The position numbers were made by a program, and so were the translations under genes. Positions 19,026-28,413 of a stretch of DNA of 64,000 bases are shown in pieces (positions within the stretch are counted from its first letter, which is position 1; each line of letters opens with the position of its first letter). Under the pieces are notes generated by a model. The model searched no databases. It saw only the letters and a list, made by a program, of their open reading frames with translations, and was not told the origin of the DNA. Source of the DNA: Staphylococcus phage Twort. The stretch is taken from the sequence record NC_007021.1; one strand, 5' to 3'.

Positions 19026-19184
19026 ATGAACAATAGACAATCTAAATTAAAAGGTCAAAACCAATTCCATTACCATGACAAACCAACAGATAAAGGTTGT
19101 TATAAACGATTAAAGAAAAGGAAAACAAGAAATGAGCTTAAAAAATATTTACAAAAAGAAAGGAAGAAATACATTGACAAATAG
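19026..19184 (+). CDS. small highly basic protein (52 aa)
   Basis: RBS GGTGA; composition ~40% K/R; below the ORF-track size cutoff. Confidence 0.35.
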   Translation: MNNRQSKLKGQNQFHYHDKPTDKGCYKRLKKRKTRNELKKYLQKERKKYIDK

Positions 19185-19311
19185 AAAAACAATAGGTAAA
19201 CTAAGTAAAACTAGAGCTACTTGGAACATTAACCCAGTAACAAGAGTAAAGAAAGATAAAACTAAATACACAAGAAAAAAGAAACATAAAAATGTTGACA
19301 GTGATTATTAG
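19132..19311 (+). CDS. small highly basic protein (59 aa) overlapping the previous ORF in another frame
   Basis: ATG 19132 with AAAGGA upstream; K/R/T-rich. Confidence 0.3.
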   Translation: MSLKNIYKKKGRNTLTNRKTIGKLSKTRATWNINPVTRVKKDKTKYTRKKKHKNVDSDY

Positions 19312-19323
19312 CCATTGTATAAT
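19295..19323 (+). promoter_or_regulatory. Consensus sigma-A promoter TTGACA-17-TATAAT
   Basis: ttgaca 19295-19300, tataat 19318-19323, TG immediately upstream of the -10. Confidence 0.55.
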
Positions 19324-19346
19324 AAGGATAAAGGAGCTGATATACT

Positions 19347-19802
19347 ATGTTTTATTCAGAAAGAAGAACAACTTGTAAGGAAAGGCAACGTAAAAAACAT
19401 TATTCACAAATGACGTTACAAGAAAAGAAAGATTGTGTTTCACTTTTACAAAATGTTTTTGAACAATGTAAATTCTTTAAGATGACACCACATTTTAAAG
19501 AAAAATCACTTACTAGGATAGATTTTGACTTACTTAAAAACTTCATACTTCATAACAACTATGCATTCTTAAATATTATAGAATACAATGAAACAAAAAC
19601 ACGGTATAATACACAAAAACGTATTGTACTTAAATATCCTGAGATTGTGAAAGTAAAAGGTATTCCTTGTTTTCAATATTTAGTTATCACAAATAATGGT
19701 AAGTTAGTTACTACATATTATAATAAGATTAACGATGTACATAAAACATTAGACTTAACTTATTATGATAAAAATTTAAAAATAAGTGTTGACATTTACT
19801 AA
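19347..19802 (+). CDS. hypothetical protein
   Basis: 151-aa ORF with RBS AAAGGAG. Confidence 0.5.
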   Translation: MFYSERRTTCKERQRKKHYSQMTLQEKKDCVSLLQNVFEQCKFFKMTPHFKEKSLTRIDFDLLKNFILHNNYAFLNIIEYNETKTRYNTQKRIVLKYPEIVKVKGIPCFQYLVITNNGKLVTTYYNKINDVHKTLDLTYYDKNLKISVDIY

Positions 19803-19839
19803 CAAATAATTTACAATAAACGTATAAATATAAAGGAGA

Positions 19840-20154
19840 TTGATTTTAATGAACAAAAAACAAGAAGTATTAGAAAGTATGAAAAAAGAATTAGGATGCT
19901 TACCCCCAAGTGTAAGTATGACAAGTAAGTATGATGCATTACATATTCACGGAGCGTTAGAGAAGTTTAAAGAGTTATCAGATACAGGAAGTAAGTTAAC
20001 AAAAAAATACTTAAATGGGTCAGAGATACTAACTATTAATTACCAAGACTTTGATTCTATGCAAGACTACTACTTATATTTATTAAGAAACTATTCAAAA
20101 ATTAAACAATGTTTAGGTGAAATTACTGAACATTTTGAACAACGAATTGCATAG
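19840..20154 (+). CDS. hypothetical protein
   Basis: 104-aa ORF with RBS AAAGGAG. Confidence 0.5.
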   Translation: MILMNKKQEVLESMKKELGCLPPSVSMTSKYDALHIHGALEKFKELSDTGSKLTKKYLNGSEILTINYQDFDSMQDYYLYLLRNYSKIKQCLGEITEHFEQRIA

Positions 20155-20236
20155 AAAGTTATTATATAGTATAATAAAAAATATACTTTGATGTTATATT
20201 AATTATGAATAGGAAAAAGGAAAGGAAGTTACGGAA

Positions 20237-20689
20237 TTGACAGAAGAAAATAAAAACGTAGAAGAAGTAAAAAAGGAAACACCTAAGGAAGAATCTAAAA
20301 AGTTAACAAAAGAAGAAATTGATAAACTTAAATATAAACAACAAGAAGAACGTGAGGAAGTTATTAATAAAGTTATTCGTGGTGTAAACGATATTTATGA
20401 AAAAGAATTTAAGTTTGATAACTTAGATGAGCCTGTAACATTTAAAATTAGATACCCTAATGCTTTAGAACAAGGTCAAATTTTAAGTGTACGTTCTTCT
20501 TACTTTAATGGTACAGATATGTACCAATCACAAGAAATTATTTATGCGTTTCATATGTTAGCTACATTAAATGTAGTAGGTATTGATGTACCTAAGGAAT
20601 TTAGAAATGCAGAGGAGATTTACCGACTAGAGCCATTACTAGAGCTTTACTACGATTGGGTGGCTTGGTTAAATACCTTTCGTTACTAG
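20237..20689 (+). CDS. putative tail assembly chaperone (G-like)
   Basis: TTG start with RBS AAAGGAAAGGAAG; located two genes upstream of the tape-measure gene. Confidence 0.45.
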   Translation: MTEENKNVEEVKKETPKEESKKLTKEEIDKLKYKQQEEREEVINKVIRGVNDIYEKEFKFDNLDEPVTFKIRYPNALEQGQILSVRSSYFNGTDMYQSQEIIYAFHMLATLNVVGIDVPKEFRNAEEIYRLEPLLELYYDWVAWLNTFRY

Positions 20690-20762
20690 AGGTGACGTTG
20701 ATGAGGTAGGGGGAATAGAGCGCCTCGTAAAAGAAAATTACTCTAGGAACTTATGGACTATT

Positions 20763-21221
20763 ATGCGTGAGTTTAATGTACTCCCTACAGACGAAAGGTT
20801 TAGAAATCTAACTGACCTTCAAATAGAATTTATATTATATAATATGGTACAAGATAATAAAGAACAAGAACTTATTGCTAAAGGTAAGAGATTTGATAGT
20901 CATTTTGAAGATGATGACAGGTCTTGGATGGAAGCTGATGAGGAAGACTTTGAAGTTGTACCAGATTATATTGACTTAGAAGATATTAATAAACAAATTG
21001 AAAATAAATTATCTGAAGAAGAAAAACAACGCAGACAAGAACGTTTTGATTCAGATGACCCTGATGAAATGGATAGGGTAGATTTAGTTTTAGAAGAGCA
21101 ACGAAGACGTATAGAAGAACTAGACAGGGAATTAGGAATAACTAGTGATAAACCTGTTGAATATAGTAAGGATACAATTGGTCAAGCCTTAGATGAGCTA
21201 GATGAAGATGATTGGATTTAG
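20763..21221 (+). CDS. acidic protein; possible T-part of a frameshifted chaperone (frame open from 20673)
   Basis: Frame 3 is open 90 nt upstream of its ATG and overlaps the last 5 codons of the 20237 ORF in the +1 frame. Confidence 0.45.
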   Translation: MREFNVLPTDERFRNLTDLQIEFILYNMVQDNKEQELIAKGKRFDSHFEDDDRSWMEADEEDFEVVPDYIDLEDINKQIENKLSEEEKQRRQERFDSDDPDEMDRVDLVLEEQRRRIEELDRELGITSDKPVEYSKDTIGQALDELDEDDWI

Positions 21222-21251
21222 GGGTAGTAGTATTTCTACTACCCTATTTTT
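21222..21251 (+). terminator. Rho-independent terminator
   Basis: gggtagtagtatttctactaccc followed by TATTTTT. Confidence 0.6.
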
Positions 21252-21271
21252 AAGTAGTAGGTGGTAGACAA

Positions 21272-24200
21272 ATGCTCAATGATAACTATAGGTTAGTATT
21301 GTCCGCTGATAGTTCTGATTTAGAAAATGGGCTTAAGGCAATACAGGCATATATGGATGCACTAGAGAAGAGTAACATAGATGCACCCTTAGATAAATTT
21401 AATGAAAAGTTAAGACAAATTGCTAAAGAGATAAAAAATGTTCAAAAGATTCAAAAAAGTGTAGAAGGAACTTCTTTTGTTAAAGCTAAAGATATGAATG
21501 AGTTAGTAAACTCATCTAAAAAAGCACACAAAGAAATTAGTGATTTACAAGACGCTTTACAAGATGTTGCTGAAACTGATAAAATAAAAGGGTTCATTGA
21601 CCCCAAGGTTCTTAAGACATTCAGTAGTTTAAATAATGCCCTTAAAGAAACAGGTAACATTGTTGATGAAGTATCAGGAAAGTCTATAGGTGTAGATGCT
21701 GATATTAAACAACGTATGCGTGACATGAAAGAGTTTGGCACACAAACTAAGAAAGCAATGGAACTACAAAAGCAGTTTGATGATATTAGTGCGCATAAAA
21801 AGAACTTATCAGCTACACAAAGACGTGTGAGCGGTACTTTAGATAGAACAAGAAGTACTAATAGAATGACATACATACAAAGTGAGAAAATGAAATCGGA
21901 CTTGTCTGTGCTTGGTAGTAGTAAGCAACGTAAAACACAAGCTGAAAACACAATGAACTCACTTAGAGATGAACAACGTAAAGCTAGACAACAGTATCAA
22001 GACATACAAGGTAGAGCTTCTAGGAATGAAATATCTGAATCAGAACGCAGGAAGTTATCCGCTGAAATACAAAATGAGATTCAGATAAGAAGTAAAGTTA
22101 TTCAAAAATATGAAGAATTATCTAAAGAGTTAGACAAAAGTATAGGTTCATACAATAAAAATAGTTCAGAGTATAGTGGACGTACAGTAGAGGCACGTAG
22201 AGGTAGTTTTGGTAGTCTCGTAGCTGACCGTGCCCCTTCTATAGTTTCACATGCTGTTATGGGGGCATTAGCACCCCTTACAGCTATGTTCTTTAACGGT
22301 CGTTCTATATCACAACAAAATAGACCTAGAAAAATAGCCCTAGGACAACAATTAGGTACTAATATTGATAATGTCGGTAACTACATGAACGAAGGGATGA
22401 AAGAAAAAGGTTTAGGCTACGATAGAGGAGCCACACTAGAAATGGCGCAAGGGGTAGCTAGTGCTACTGGTGTAACAGACCAAAGTAAAGTCAAAGGTAT
22501 GGTAGATGTTTTAGCATCTAGCTCAAGAAGTATGGGACTTAATGATGAAGAAGGATTTAGAAGTACTGTATCCGACATTCAACACACAGGTGTATATAAA
22601 GACGCATCAAGTCTAGGTCAATTTACTGATGCTGTTTACGGAGGAATTAAACAAGCAGGACTAGAAGGTCGAGCAGACGAGCAGATTAAGGCTCTTGGAC
22701 AAATAAGTGAAAGTGTCGGTAGAGGTAAAACTTTAACTGATACAGATATGAACAATATCACCGCTTTTCAATCAACATTAGCAAGCTCTGGAAGTAAAGC
22801 GTTACAAGGGCAACAAGGTGCTGACGTAATGGTTGGTTTAAATGAAGGTATTAAAGGGGCAAATAATGACCCATATCTTCGTAACATGATGGGACTTACT
22901 GATAAGTATGGTGGCGGTGTTGTTGGAATGTATAAATCACAACAACAGCTAGGTAAAGGCCTATCAGACCCAGAAAACTTAACTAGTGGATTAGATAGAA
23001 TTAAAAATAGTGGAGCTTCTAGAGAAGAACAAGAAGCTCACGCATGGGCGTATATGAGAGAACTAAACCCAGAAATATCTACAGAAGCTACTAAAAAAAT
23101 ATATGATTTATATGATAAAGGCAAACTTACTAAAGAAGAATTAAATAAAGCATTATCAGAAGACCAGAAAAAAGGTAAAGAGTCTAAAGACAATAATGCA
23201 AAAGATTACAAAGAATCTCAAGCAGGAAAAGATAACAGAAATGAAGCAAACGCTAACAACACTTCTGAAGATGCTTATGATATGACTGCGGAAATAAGAA
23301 ACTTATCTGGAACGATTACAGGACTAGGTGTAGGTGTTACTGCACTTGCAGGTGCTGTAACTGGTTTAGCAGTAGCAGTTGCTAAATCCGCAGGTATGAT
23401 GGGAGCAGGTCAGTTATTTAAGTGGGGTACAAGTAAATTCCAAAAACCTGGAACTAAAGGAGCACCCACTCCACCAGGAAACCTAACAGGCGGTGGAAAT
23501 AAAGGTGGAGGTTTCTTTGGTAAAGCTAAAGATTTAGGTAAAAGAGCTGTAGGTTGGGATTCCGAAAGAGGTTGGCAAGGAGCTAAAGGTTCTTTTAACG
23601 ACCCATTTAAAGACCAAGTAGGACGAGCTAAAGGTAGTGTCACTGATACAACTAAAAAAGCTAAAAATACAGACTGGAAAGGTAAAGGAAAAGACCTTTG
23701 GGGAACTACTAAAAACTTTGGTCAACGACTTTTTGAATCTGGAAAAGACGTAGGTAAAGGTAGTGTATTTAGTGGTTTAGGTAAAAAAGCTAAAGGACTC
23801 TTTACAAATAAAGGAAATAATGGTATAGTTGCAGGGGGAGCTTCTGCAATGGGTGACGTAGGTAGATTATCTAGAATGGGCGGTCTACTAGGAAAAATAG
23901 CCATGCCATTAGGAGTAGCGGGCTCTTTATTTAATGTAGGCAGTCAGATGAAACAAGGTTCTAGTCTTAATGATGCATTAGTAGGTGAGGCTAGTAACTG
24001 GATTGACCCTCTAGGACTAGGTTATGGTAAGTCTATTACAGGACAGTTTACTGATAAAGCAATGAACGGTAAATCACTTATAGGATGGAATACACCTAAT
24101 GGTTCAGAAGATTTTGGTTTATTAGGAAAAGCATGGAACTCATTATTTGGTGGTAAAGATAGTGAAAATAAAGCAGGTGGCGGTGGAGGCTCTTCAGATA

Positions 24201-25081
24201 CTAATGTATTGAATGGAGCAAAAGTTGATAGAAATAAAAACAAAAAAATGACTGCTGAAATGCTTAGAGAAAAGAACAATAAAACCGAAACAGAAAACCT
24301 TAAAGTATATCGTTCATTGTTAGATAGAGCTGAAAAAGTACTACAAGATGCTAAAGGATTAGATAAAGGAGATTCTGAAGGAGGTTCCTCCGATGATGGT
24401 TCTAGTGCTTCTGATGTAGGAGGAGAAGGAAAACAAAAAATTTGGAATTTCCTTAAGAAGAAAGGATTATCTGACGAGCAAGTAGCAGGTATTATGGGGA
24501 ACTTTGAACAAGAGTCTGGAATGAACCCTACAGCTACTAATCCATCTTCAGGTGCTTATGGTATAGCTCAATGGTTAGGAGGACGTAAAGCAAACTTACA
24601 AGCCTTTGCAAAATCTAAAGGCAAAAAGGCTAGTGATTTAGATGCACAATTAGATTTTCTATGGCATGAGATGCAAGGCTCTGAAAAAGGTAGCTTAGGA
24701 CGATTTAATAAAGCTAAGACTGTAGAAGAAGCTACTAAGTATTGGGCTCAAGATTTTGAGCGTATGGGAGCAGGAGAAGCAATGATGGGCAAACGTGTTT
24801 CTAATGCTAACAAGTACAAGAAAGCATATGCAGGTGGAGGTGGAGGTAACTGGGGTAATCCATTACAACAGTCTTCATTAAGTAACACACCCGTATCATC
24901 ATTTATTCCTAACTCACAAAGTAATAGTTCTTCAGTAAATAACAATAATAGTATTAATATAAATATTAATATAGAGGGTTCAGATAACCCTAAAGATACT
25001 GCTATTGCGGTTGAAGAACGATTAAATAGAACTTTAAGCAGTAACATAGATATATTTACAAATAGACACAGAAGAGTATAA
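21272..25081 (+). CDS. tail tape-measure protein with C-terminal lysozyme / lytic-transglycosylase-like domain
   Basis: 1269 aa: coiled-coil N-terminal half, Gly-rich segments, and a C-terminal ..FEQESGMNPTATNPSSGAYGIAQW.. motif (phage tail lysozyme / SLT-like). Confidence 0.75.
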   Translation: MLNDNYRLVLSADSSDLENGLKAIQAYMDALEKSNIDAPLDKFNEKLRQIAKEIKNVQKIQKSVEGTSFVKAKDMNELVNSSKKAHKEISDLQDALQDVAETDKIKGFIDPKVLKTFSSLNNALKETGNIVDEVSGKSIGVDADIKQRMRDMKEFGTQTKKAMELQKQFDDISAHKKNLSATQRRVSGTLDRTRSTNRMTYIQSEKMKSDLSVLGSSKQRKTQAENTMNSLRDEQRKARQQYQDIQGRASRNEISESERRKLSAEIQNEIQIRSKVIQKYEELSKELDKSIGSYNKNSSEYSGRTVEARRGSFGSLVADRAPSIVSHAVMGALAPLTAMFFNGRSISQQNRPRKIALGQQLGTNIDNVGNYMNEGMKEKGLGYDRGATLEMAQGVASATGVTDQSKVKGMVDVLASSSRSMGLNDEEGFRSTVSDIQHTGVYKDASSLGQFTDAVYGGIKQAGLEGRADEQIKALGQISESVGRGKTLTDTDMNNITAFQSTLASSGSKALQGQQGADVMVGLNEGIKGANNDPYLRNMMGLTDKYGGGVVGMYKSQQQLGKGLSDPENLTSGLDRIKNSGASREEQEAHAWAYMRELNPEISTEATKKIYDLYDKGKLTKEELNKALSEDQKKGKESKDNNAKDYKESQAGKDNRNEANANNTSEDAYDMTAEIRNLSGTITGLGVGVTALAGAVTGLAVAVAKSAGMMGAGQLFKWGTSKFQKPGTKGAPTPPGNLTGGGNKGGGFFGKAKDLGKRAVGWDSERGWQGAKGSFNDPFKDQVGRAKGSVTDTTKKAKNTDWKGKGKDLWGTTKNFGQRLFESGKDVGKGSVFSGLGKKAKGLFTNKGNNGIVAGGASAMGDVGRLSRMGGLLGKIAMPLGVAGSLFNVGSQMKQGSSLNDALVGEASNWIDPLGLGYGKSITGQFTDKAMNGKSLIGWNTPNGSEDFGLLGKAWNSLFGGKDSENKAGGGGGSSDTNVLNGAKVDRNKNKKMTAEMLREKNNKTETENLKVYRSLLDRAEKVLQDAKGLDKGDSEGGSSDDGSSASDVGGEGKQKIWNFLKKKGLSDEQVAGIMGNFEQESGMNPTATNPSSGAYGIAQWLGGRKANLQAFAKSKGKKASDLDAQLDFLWHEMQGSEKGSLGRFNKAKTVEEATKYWAQDFERMGAGEAMMGKRVSNANKYKKAYAGGGGGNWGNPLQQSSLSNTPVSSFIPNSQSNSSSVNNNNSINININIEGSDNPKDTAIAVEERLNRTLSSNIDIFTNRHRRV

Positions 25082-25112
25082 GGGTAGGGTAATAATACCC
25101 TTCCCTTATTTT
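25081..25112 (+). terminator. Imperfect hairpin with T tail after the tape-measure gene
   Basis: agggtagggtaataatacccttccct followed by TATTTTT. Confidence 0.35.
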
Positions 25113-25128
25113 TAAAGGAAGTGAAATT

Positions 25129-27543
25129 TTGGCTCACAAAATGCATAGATTTAGAAGACCTAAAGTAAGATTTGAGTTTCATACAGATGAAAATATATTT
25201 ACTTTAAGGTATGAAAATACAAAAGAAGTATCAGGAGGCCAATTAGGAGATAAGATTATAAATTTTGAGACTAAAAATGCAATGGCTGATGATAGTGCAG
25301 TATTTGTCCTCACACTAGCAGGAGATACTCATTGGGATAAGTTGTTAATGATAAATGATATTGTTAAGATATTTGTTAACCCTAGCATGGAGGATGACAC
25401 AGAAGGGCAAGTACTTATAGGTATGATTTCATCTGTAAACAACGTAGGTAGTTATGGCAATAACCAAAAGGCATATAGAATTACTGGTCAATCATTTTCT
25501 AAACCATTTATGAAGTTTGGATTAGGTGTTATGCGTGAGGTCAATGCATTCCTACCTATGGCAGGTTGGTTAGAAGATGGTGAAGGTGAAGGTAAAATAA
25601 AATTTACAGGGAGCTCTTCTCATGAAGTTATGAAACAGATACTAGATAGATTTGTCCCTTACATGAGATACAAATACCCTAATAAACAAGGAAAGCCTAT
25701 CAGTAATTTAACAGAATACTTTATGTGGGATAATTTAGAAAGTTGGGACGAATATGAGAATATTCGTGATGTCACACCTTTTATAAATTTTGATGGTAGC
25801 CTGTCTGATTTAATGGATTTTACCACAGCAAAGCCCTTTAACGAGAAATTTTATAGAAATAATAAAGAGCAAGGAAAAACAGAATTAGTATTAAGACGGA
25901 CACCTTTTAATCCAACCCAATGGCGTGCATTAGAATATACAGTGGTAGAAACGGAAGATTTGATAGAAGAAGACGTTGGTAAAAACGATGTAGAAACGTA
26001 TTCTATATTTAACGTAACAAATAGTATGATGTATAAACAAATAGATGCTAAAGTATTTTCTAAACCCCAGTACCATAAAGAGCTTGTAGATAGATATGGG
26101 TATTCAAGATTAGAAGTAGAGAATCCTTTTATATTTGATGAGGACAAATCTACTACTGATGAAGAAAGTAATGATAATGATACTGGACAAGAATTAGGAA
26201 GTTATGATAAAGTAGTAAATGATTTAAACAATATGGGTAGAGATAATATCTCAAGAAATACTGAAAAAATGGTATCTAAGTTAGCTAGGACTTATAGAAA
26301 TATACGTAAAGATAAAGCTAAGAAAATCGTAGACTATTACGTAGGAAATGGTAAATTACCTAAATCAGAGTATGAAAAAATAGTAGGTAGAACTATAGAA
26401 TCAGAACAAGAGCAAGACAAGAGACCTGAGGCTACTAAAGAATCTGTCTCAAAAATATTAAACGATGTTTTTAAAAATAATGAAGACTACAAAAATAAAG
26501 AAAAGAAAAATGAAGCAATAGGTAAGTTAAGTAAAGACTTTAAATACGGTAATAAAGCAAAATCTAAAAAATTAGTAGACAAATTAGAGAAAACACAAGG
26601 AGCTACCAAGGATAAAGATATTGAATCCTTCATTAAAGACTTAGCTAACTTATCTAACGTTTCCGCTGATACAGGTTCTAACCCTAGTGATTCACCATTA
26701 CTTATATTTTCTAAAATGCTTTTTAACTGGTATCATAATAACCCTAACTTTTTTTCAGGTGAAATAACAGTACTAGGTCACCCAAAATACGATTTAGGTC
26801 AAAGACTATTTGTTAAAGATAACCAACGAAATGAAATGTGGGAATTTTATGTAGAATCTGTACAACATAAATTTTCATACAAAGAGGGTTATATTACTAT
26901 TTTAGGTGTAACTAGAGGATTAAAATCCGCTACTATACCCGAAGGAAGTAAGTATAGATTTGCAGAACCATGGGGAACATCTTCTAACTTTGAAGGTGGA
27001 TTACTTGGAGAGAAAAAATCTGAGGAACTCAAAGCTCAGGGTGTGGAAGAACGTAAAAGTTCTGGTGGTGATTCTGATTCTAGTGGTGCTCATCATTCGG
27101 GTGCTTCTTTAGCTAGTTTAGATAAAAAGTATAAAGGTAAAGAGTTACCTACACCTAGAAATAAAACTGATACTAGTTGGACTGCCCCAGGGAACCCTAA
27201 CACAGGTCAATGGGCTAGGGAATGTACGTGGTACTGCTACAATAGACGTTATGAATTAGGGCTAAAAGCAGTAGCGTATGGAGATGCCGCAGACTGGATT
27301 GCAGGTGCTAGAGGTGCAGGAATTTCCACAGGTAAAGAACCTAAACGTGGTGCTGTAGCTGTTTGGGCTAGAGGTGTTCCTGGTGGTTCCGCACAATATG
27401 GTCATGTAGCTTTTGTTGAGAAGGTTACAGATGATGGTATTTATGTATCAGACTATAACTACGCATCACCTAAAACGTATGGTGAAAGGTTATATAAAAA
27501 AGGAAGCCCTGAATATAGAAATGCACAATATATTTATGATTAA
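25129..27543 (+). CDS. tail-associated murein hydrolase with C-terminal CHAP domain
   Basis: C-terminus ..CTWYCYNRRY..GAVAVW..YGHVAFVEKV.. carries the CHAP Cys/His signature; 804 aa. Confidence 0.75.
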   Translation: MAHKMHRFRRPKVRFEFHTDENIFTLRYENTKEVSGGQLGDKIINFETKNAMADDSAVFVLTLAGDTHWDKLLMINDIVKIFVNPSMEDDTEGQVLIGMISSVNNVGSYGNNQKAYRITGQSFSKPFMKFGLGVMREVNAFLPMAGWLEDGEGEGKIKFTGSSSHEVMKQILDRFVPYMRYKYPNKQGKPISNLTEYFMWDNLESWDEYENIRDVTPFINFDGSLSDLMDFTTAKPFNEKFYRNNKEQGKTELVLRRTPFNPTQWRALEYTVVETEDLIEEDVGKNDVETYSIFNVTNSMMYKQIDAKVFSKPQYHKELVDRYGYSRLEVENPFIFDEDKSTTDEESNDNDTGQELGSYDKVVNDLNNMGRDNISRNTEKMVSKLARTYRNIRKDKAKKIVDYYVGNGKLPKSEYEKIVGRTIESEQEQDKRPEATKESVSKILNDVFKNNEDYKNKEKKNEAIGKLSKDFKYGNKAKSKKLVDKLEKTQGATKDKDIESFIKDLANLSNVSADTGSNPSDSPLLIFSKMLFNWYHNNPNFFSGEITVLGHPKYDLGQRLFVKDNQRNEMWEFYVESVQHKFSYKEGYITILGVTRGLKSATIPEGSKYRFAEPWGTSSNFEGGLLGEKKSEELKAQGVEERKSSGGDSDSSGAHHSGASLASLDKKYKGKELPTPRNKTDTSWTAPGNPNTGQWARECTWYCYNRRYELGLKAVAYGDAADWIAGARGAGISTGKEPKRGAVAVWARGVPGGSAQYGHVAFVEKVTDDGIYVSDYNYASPKTYGERLYKKGSPEYRNAQYIYD

Positions 27544-27546
27544 AGG

Positions 27547-28413
27547 ATGACTGTTATGAGAATAGAGCAATTAGTAGAAATGTATATAGATAATATATAT
27601 AACTACCCTTACCCATATGATGAGGCTATGTTTAATAAAAAGAATGAAGAAATAAGACCGTATGTAGATAACTCATTGTATAAAGCAATACAACGATTAC
27701 GACCATATTATGATGTTATAGAGTATATGAATATTTCAAAAAAAGATTACAATGTAAAAGAAGTAACAACAGGACAGTATGAAGTAGACTTTGAAGTTAC
27801 GTCTGTATCTAAAACAAATTTTAATCACTATGCTGAATCAACATTTAAAGAAACAATTAAGATTCAGTTAAACCCTATTAAGATTGAAAGTTTAGATGAT
27901 AGTGCAACACAGCACTATGCAACATATCAAGATTTAGAGGATGATTACAAGTACGATTTAACTTTACCACACAAAGCGTCAGAATTAGTACAAAAAAATA
28001 TTAATAATAAAAGTATTCAATACCAATTTAAAGGGGCTCCTAAAGATAATCCTTTTGAATCCGACACTACTTCTTTACTAGATTCTTATAATATGGTATA
28101 CTGGTTATATAATGACGAGGAGACAAATTTAAACTATCCATTAGATTATAACTCTATTTTAAATAGTGGTGTTTTTAAAGACATTAGTGTTAGACATAAA
28201 TATATATCAGATATAGATTTATTAGAAGATGGTGATTTATTATTCTTTGGTAAAAATAATAATGAAGTAGGTATTTATGTGGGAGATAAGGAATATGTAA
28301 CAATTAAAGGAAAGTTTCCTAAAGACAACACAACAATACAAAAGTATAATTTAGAAAAAGATTGGGAACTATTTAATGGTAAAATATATAGACTGAAGGA
28401 TGATTACTTATGA
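27547..28413 (+). CDS. tail / baseplate protein
   Basis: 288-aa ORF in the tail module. Confidence 0.4.
   Translation: MTVMRIEQLVEMYIDNIYNYPYPYDEAMFNKKNEEIRPYVDNSLYKAIQRLRPYYDVIEYMNISKKDYNVKEVTTGQYEVDFEVTSVSKTNFNHYAESTFKETIKIQLNPIKIESLDDSATQHYATYQDLEDDYKYDLTLPHKASELVQKNINNKSIQYQFKGAPKDNPFESDTTSLLDSYNMVYWLYNDEETNLNYPLDYNSILNSGVFKDISVRHKYISDIDLLEDGDLLFFGKNNNEVGIYVGDKEYVTIKGKFPKDNTTIQKYNLEKDWELFNGKIYRLKDDYL

Noticed and set aside
21451-25182. Multiple minus-strand ORFs (60-166 aa) inside the tape-measure gene
   Set aside because: Proline- and Leu/Ser-rich low-complexity translations of the antisense of Gly/Lys-rich coding sequence; no RBS; embedded in a long, well-supported + strand gene.
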